DNA from: Selaginella moellendorffii
Lineage: Eukaryota > Plantae > Lycopodiophyta
Assembly (NCBI RefSeq): GCF_000143415.4
Contig: NW_003314376.1
Coordinates: 466,156-530,155, forward strand
Direction of reading: 5' to 3'
Length of the DNA stretch: 64,000 nt
Each line of letters opens with the position of its first letter. The first letter of the stretch is position 1. This document shows positions 59,490 through 64,000 of this stretch, in pieces. The notes beneath the pieces are model-generated. The model ran no database searches. It saw only the letters and a list, made by a program, of their open reading frames with translations, and was not told the DNA's origin. A program made the translations under genes and the position numbers.

Positions 59490-59965
59490 AAAGTAAAGCC
59501 GACGTGTCAATTACGCTGCCGACGTGGAGGCCGTTTGCCCTGGCACGTCAGCGAATATTCGCGAATGTGTGGTGGGACGTCCACTTTGTAACCACCTAAC
59601 GCTGGTGAGAATTTTTTCTCACTGGGCCAGGCTGGCATATGTTAGCTGGTCGTGACACATCCGCACGCCATTTCGACTGGGGCCCTTATATGGCGCCCTC
59701 ACATTCTTTGGAGTGTCCATTCCATCCACCGGCCGCCGGGGTGAAAGGTATCGAACCGCGGACCTCTTTGCCTGGCCGGGGGATCGAGCCCGTGACCGGA
59801 TCGAGAATCGACGGGCGGATGTGGTGGTGGAATCGGACGGCGATGTGGTGTGCCAGGTCACGCGCGTACTGCTCAATGCTGAGTGGAGACAAGCTGCGGG
59901 AGAGGGAGGAGGCCTAGGTAGAGGAGAGACTATGGCGGAGCACACGAGAGGTTCTAGGGTTTGAT
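59490..59965. promoter_or_regulatory. Divergent promoter region FLA / CCCH gene with ACGT (G-box/ABRE-like) motifs, GGGCC(C/A) site-II-like motifs and telo-box
   Basis: gacgtgtc 59501, gacgtgg 59521, cacgtca 59544, tgggcc 59623, gggccc ~59680, tagggttt 59955. Confidence 0.5.
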
Positions 59966-59975
59966 TTATTCGGGA

Positions 59976-62321
59976 ATGGCGACGGCGAATGGCGATGCGT
60001 CGACGCTAGCGGCGGCGGCGGCGGCGGCGGCCCCGGGCGCCATCGCCCCGGCCAGCGCCGAGGATGTGGCGCTCAAGAAGAACACGGATTGCGTCTACTT
60101 CCTGGCATCGCCGCTCACTTGCAAGAAGGTATTGCGATCGATCGGGGCGAGAGTAGAGGCTTTCTGCAGTTAGGGTTTAGTGTTTTTCTGGCTGCTGGCT
60201 GGCAGCAGCCAGATCTGCCGAGCTCGAGCTGACAGGCAGCGCGTGATTTGTTTTTGCAGGGGGAAGAATGCGAGTTTAGACACAGTGAGACTGCGAGGAT
60301 CAACCCCCGCGACTGCTGGTACTGGGTATCGGGGAGCTGCTTGAATCGGGATTGTCCATTTAGGCATCCGGTAAGAACTGTAGAGCTCTTGGCATCATAG
60401 CTTTAAGTGATTTTGTCCTTGTTGTTCTCTCCAGCCTTTGGAAGCTGGAAATCCGACTCCTGGACAGCAGCAGCCCGCGAGCAACAAAGGACGAACGCCG
60501 TGCTACTTTTTCATCCAAGGATACTGTGCGAAAGGCGATCGATGTCCCTTCTTGCACGGTGTTCCTAAGCTGACCACGACTGCTCCTCCAGAGCTCGAAG
60601 TTCCTCCAAGGTCGGAAGCTGCCATTCCATCTAAGCCGTCTTTGACAGCACAAAAGCCATCGGTGGACATACAACTGCAGGCAATAGCAGCAGTGCCGGA
60701 AGCGAGGCCAGCGCCACCTTCTCAAGTTGCAAAGCCAGCGGCAGTTTTTCAGCTTGCAAAGCCAGCGGCAGCAGCTACTCAGGTTGCAAAGCCGGCAGCT
60801 TCTCAGGTTGCGAAGCCAGCACCACCACCGCAAATAGCGAAGCCGGTTGTGAAGCCATCACCGCCAGCTCAAGTTGCGAAGCCAGCACCATCTCATGTTG
60901 ATCGGTCCACTGGCTATACCCCGGCAGAGAATGTTGATCGATACACGAGAGAGCCTACTGGTTACACTCCGGCAGAGAATGGCAACGGTGTAGCAGGCAG
61001 ATCGAGAAGCGTTGCAGCTGAGCCGGAAGAGAGCGCGGAGCCTGTGTCGAGTACGCACGAGGACGATGATCTTCTCATGACGACTTCAAGAGCAGAGAAT
61101 GGCACTCGAGACCCGGAAGAACGTTGGGAAGAGTCTTCGCCTGGGTTTGATGTGCTCGTAGACGACGGGCCAGAGGAGTCGGAGTTCCTCCACGGGAACA
61201 ATGACGAAACAGGCGATCGTTTCGACGACGACTACGAGTTTCAGTACTCCGAGATGTACAACCAGACTGGCGGATTCGAGTCGGGACCTCCACTATACGA
61301 GCGTGAAAGCTATGATCGCATCCGGCATGAGAACGGGAGGTTCGAGCAGGGGGAGTACACTGACTACGACGCTCCCTACGACCGGATGGACTTCGATCGT
61401 CCGCCGCTGCTGGACAACCCGGAGCGTGATTATTTCCGACAAACAAGACAAGTTCGGACACAGTCCATCAAGGAGAGGCTACGGTTCAACCATCAAGACC
61501 CACGGCCGTTTCTCGACAATGGTGATCTGCGAAACGTTCTCGAGCGGCGGCGGAGGCTGGATGTTTACCCGGGTCGAGAAGGCGATGACAGGTTTCCCAG
61601 GGAGTTTACAGACCGGGAGAGGCATCGCGACGACTTTTCCAGGGGTCGGGAGCGCGACAGGGCTCAGAACTACTTCCACCAGGCTAGACTTAACAGCAGC
61701 AGCGGCAGGAGATCATCGAGGGAGAGAAGTAACGAGCGCTTCCACCACCGGCATCCTCCTCCCGACGCTTTCATGTACAGGGGTGGTGGTCAGATCGATC
61801 GTAGGCCTGTGAAGGATGCATCTCCTCCGGGCTACGAGGCGAGGAACTTTGGCCTGGGCTTCAGCCGAAGAACAGGCGGGGAGGAGCCATCGGACTTCGC
61901 GGCACCGAAGAGCCTGGCTCAGATCCGGGCCGAGAAGAGGAAGCTCGACGGGGAGGAGGTGGCGATGGTGAGCTCCTCCAAGCGCAGCTACATCTCCAGG
62001 GAGTCGAAGTTCCATGGCGGCGAGCTCAACGGTGGCGGGGACGATGGTGATCAACACTTTGAAGGTCCCAAGCCGCTCCACGAGATTCTCAAGGACAAGC
62101 GCAGGGAGGAATTCTCGCAGCTCCGGCGCCATGACGAGAGCGTGATCGTGGCGAGCGATGAGCGAGAAGAGCGAGACAGCCGCGCCAATGGAGTGGCCAA
62201 CCATCATGTACACGCTGACAAGATCACTACTACCACCGTGACTGCTCGAGAGGAGAGTGACGATGACGAAGACGATGACGACGACGATTTCGCGAAGAAG
62301 CTAGGCGGATACTTCTCGTAA
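59976..62321 (+). CDS. CCCH zinc-finger protein (three N-terminal CCCH fingers); exons 59976-60128, 60260-60370, 60435-62321
   Basis: Fingers: NTDCVYFLASPLTCKK|GEECEFRH, RDCWYWVSGSCLNRDCPFRHP and PCYFFIQGYCAKGDRCPFLHG. Conserved SSPGFDVLVD, FAAPKSLA and FEGPKPL.EILK motifs follow. Confidence 0.93.
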
Positions 62322-62463
62322 CTCTGATTTCTCTGATCGATCGAACAAAAAGGTCTGGATTGACACTTCGATGCGATCCTCTTCCTCTAATGGCTCTAAG
62401 CTAGCCACTGTTTTCTCAAGTTCCTGTTTAGACAGGACCCCGTCCTTGACGATGAACAGGCGG

Positions 62464-63107
62464 CTAGAAATCTTCCCGAGTTTTACCAGTGCTTGATGAC
62501 AGTGGCTCCACTGGCAATCGCTCGCAAGTGCATATCTCGATCATGAATCCATCGGGGTCGTGGAAGAAGATCTGCTCCACTTCGATCCCTCGCTCCTGGA
62601 CGATGCGTTTCTCGTATTTGATCCCAGCGTCTCCCAGCCTCTTCTGGACGAGAGCTAGATCCTCGCACTGGACAATGTGGATGGATTGTTACAAGAGAAG
62701 AGATTTTCTTTTTTTCTTTCGCGTACCTGGAAGGAGATGTGATCGTCGCGAGGATTGATTGAGTGTTCTTGCGGAGGCCCCGCATTTTCTTGCTGGAGCA
62801 AATGGATTCCAATACCATAGTTGTACAACCTGGACGATCAATCCGTAGCGAAAAAAATCGATAGCGCAATCGATACAGAGTGGGAAAAGAGGGAGGAGGG
62901 ATGCTCTTACCAGGCGCCGCGGACCTCGAGAGCGTTCGGGCGCTTGACGGGCACGAACCCTAATACATCGACGTAGAACTTGAGCGATTCTTGGATGTCG
63001 CGGCAGTTGCGCGAGAGATGATTCACGGAGGAGAGCGGCAGCGGCTGTGGATTCTGGAGCGATTCCGCGCCGCCGCCGCCATGGGCGCTGCTCGCGTTTT
63101 GGATCAT
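62464..63107 (-). CDS. Glyoxalase I-like / VOC family protein; exons 63107-62911, 62829-62727, 62667-62464
   Basis: LSSVNHLSRNCRDIQESLKFYVDVLGF...GAW|LYNYGIGIHLLQ...INPRDDHISFQ|CED...QIFFHDPDGFMIEICTCE. Confidence 0.92.
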
Positions 63108-63318
63108 AGGAAACGAATGAAGGGAAACAAAAAGAGCGTACGCTTCCGGGCAGAGAGAAACCCAACGTTGATATAACAAGTGGCGGCGGAGATCCACGTG
63201 TCTGACACGTGTCCACTTACCGACTCATTGCTAGATTGTGATCTCCTTGCTGCTGCCGGGGTTTGAACCGGCGACCTTGTTGTCCTAGGGATTAGGGTTT
63301 GCGGGAAGAAGGGAAGAA
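63108..63318. promoter_or_regulatory. Compact (~210 bp) bidirectional promoter with paired CACGTGTC (ABRE/G-box) motifs and telo-box
   Basis: ccacgtgtctgacacgtgtcc at 63194-63214 and tagggttt at 63293-63300, between divergent ATGs at 63107 and 63319. Confidence 0.6.
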
Positions 63319-64000
63319 ATGGCGGTGCTGGTAGCGAAGAGGACGAGCGCGGATGTGGAGATGGCGCACGGCTTCAAGGAGCATGCGACATGGAGCCCCT
63401 ACGAGAACAATGGCGGGTGAGTGATCTTGGATCGCGCTTTGCTTCCTGTGGCGAGATTATCACGGATTTTCGCAGGACTTGCGTCGCGATTGCTGGATCG
63501 GATTATTGCATCGTCGCAGCTGACACGAGATTGTCGCTTGGCTACAGCATACTGACCAGAGGCCATTCTAAGCTGTTTAAGCTGTAAGTTTTTCTTTAGT
63601 GACTTTGGAAACAAAATGTGATTTTTCTTTCCTGTCTTTCGCAGCTCAGACACTGCGGTCATGGCTTCCTCTGGCTTCCAGGCGGATGTGAGAACTCTGC
63701 AAAAGAATCTAGAAGCCCGGCAAAAGGTTCGATCCTCTTTGTTTCCGGATTTTCGCCTTAGACCGCTGTTTTTTATTTGCTTCTCTTGAAACAGGGTTAC
63801 TACCATCAGCACGGGAAACCAATGTCTTGCCCAGCGATGGCGCAGCTCCTGTCGAACACCCTCTATTACAAACGCTTCTTTCCATACTACAGTTTCAACG
63901 TTCTTGGTGGTCTAGACACCGAAGGTACGTGTGGAAGAGAGCATCAAAGTCTAAATCTTTGTGGAGGCTTGTAGGCAAGGGATGCGTCTACACTTATGAC
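63319..64000 (+). CDS. PBF1: 20S proteasome subunit beta type-1 (beta6), 5' part; runs off window end
   Basis: WSPYENNGG|[29 protein letters not shown]...|[13 protein letters not shown]...|[49 protein letters not shown]. Confidence 0.96.

Noticed and set aside
63240-63290. Possible tRNA gene (GGTTCAAACC T-loop-like hairpin)
   Set aside because: The loop is 8 nt, and there is no D-arm/A-box, anticodon arm or acceptor stem. Reported only as a B-box-like motif.

Overview
Plant nuclear DNA with very small introns (43-160 nt), intronless PLS-class PPR genes and dense gene packing. This style fits a lycophyte such as Selaginella, which is my inference rather than something the sequence proves. The left two-thirds is a rearranged duplication zone. 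It holds one intact 8-exon double-AP2 transcription-factor gene (27519-29516) with three decayed paralogues, one of which carries a captured KRP/ICK CDK-inhibitor gene fragment. It also holds two intact PPR genes, a 9-exon ABCB transporter, and deletion-riddled copies of the PPR and ABCB genes in both orientations. Degenerate Ty3/gypsy and Ty1/copia debris fills roughly 15.6-25.6 kb and 46-56.5 kb. A younger, 3'-truncated gypsy element (49850-53359) has a 5' LTR and PBS with a Tf1-type self-priming structure. The right end holds ordinary genes: a fasciclin-like AGP, a CCCH zinc-finger protein, a glyoxalase/VOC protein and proteasome beta PBF1. Three findings stand out. (1) Three small spliced secreted-peptide genes, not visible as whole ORFs in the ORF track, form a CLE-related family: one canonical CLE, one with two insertion-bearing CLE-like motifs, and one combining two CLE-like motifs with a PSY1-like DY motif. 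(2) The AP2 gene appears to be built from two R1-type repeats rather than the canonical R1-R2. (3) The retroelement appears to be self-priming.
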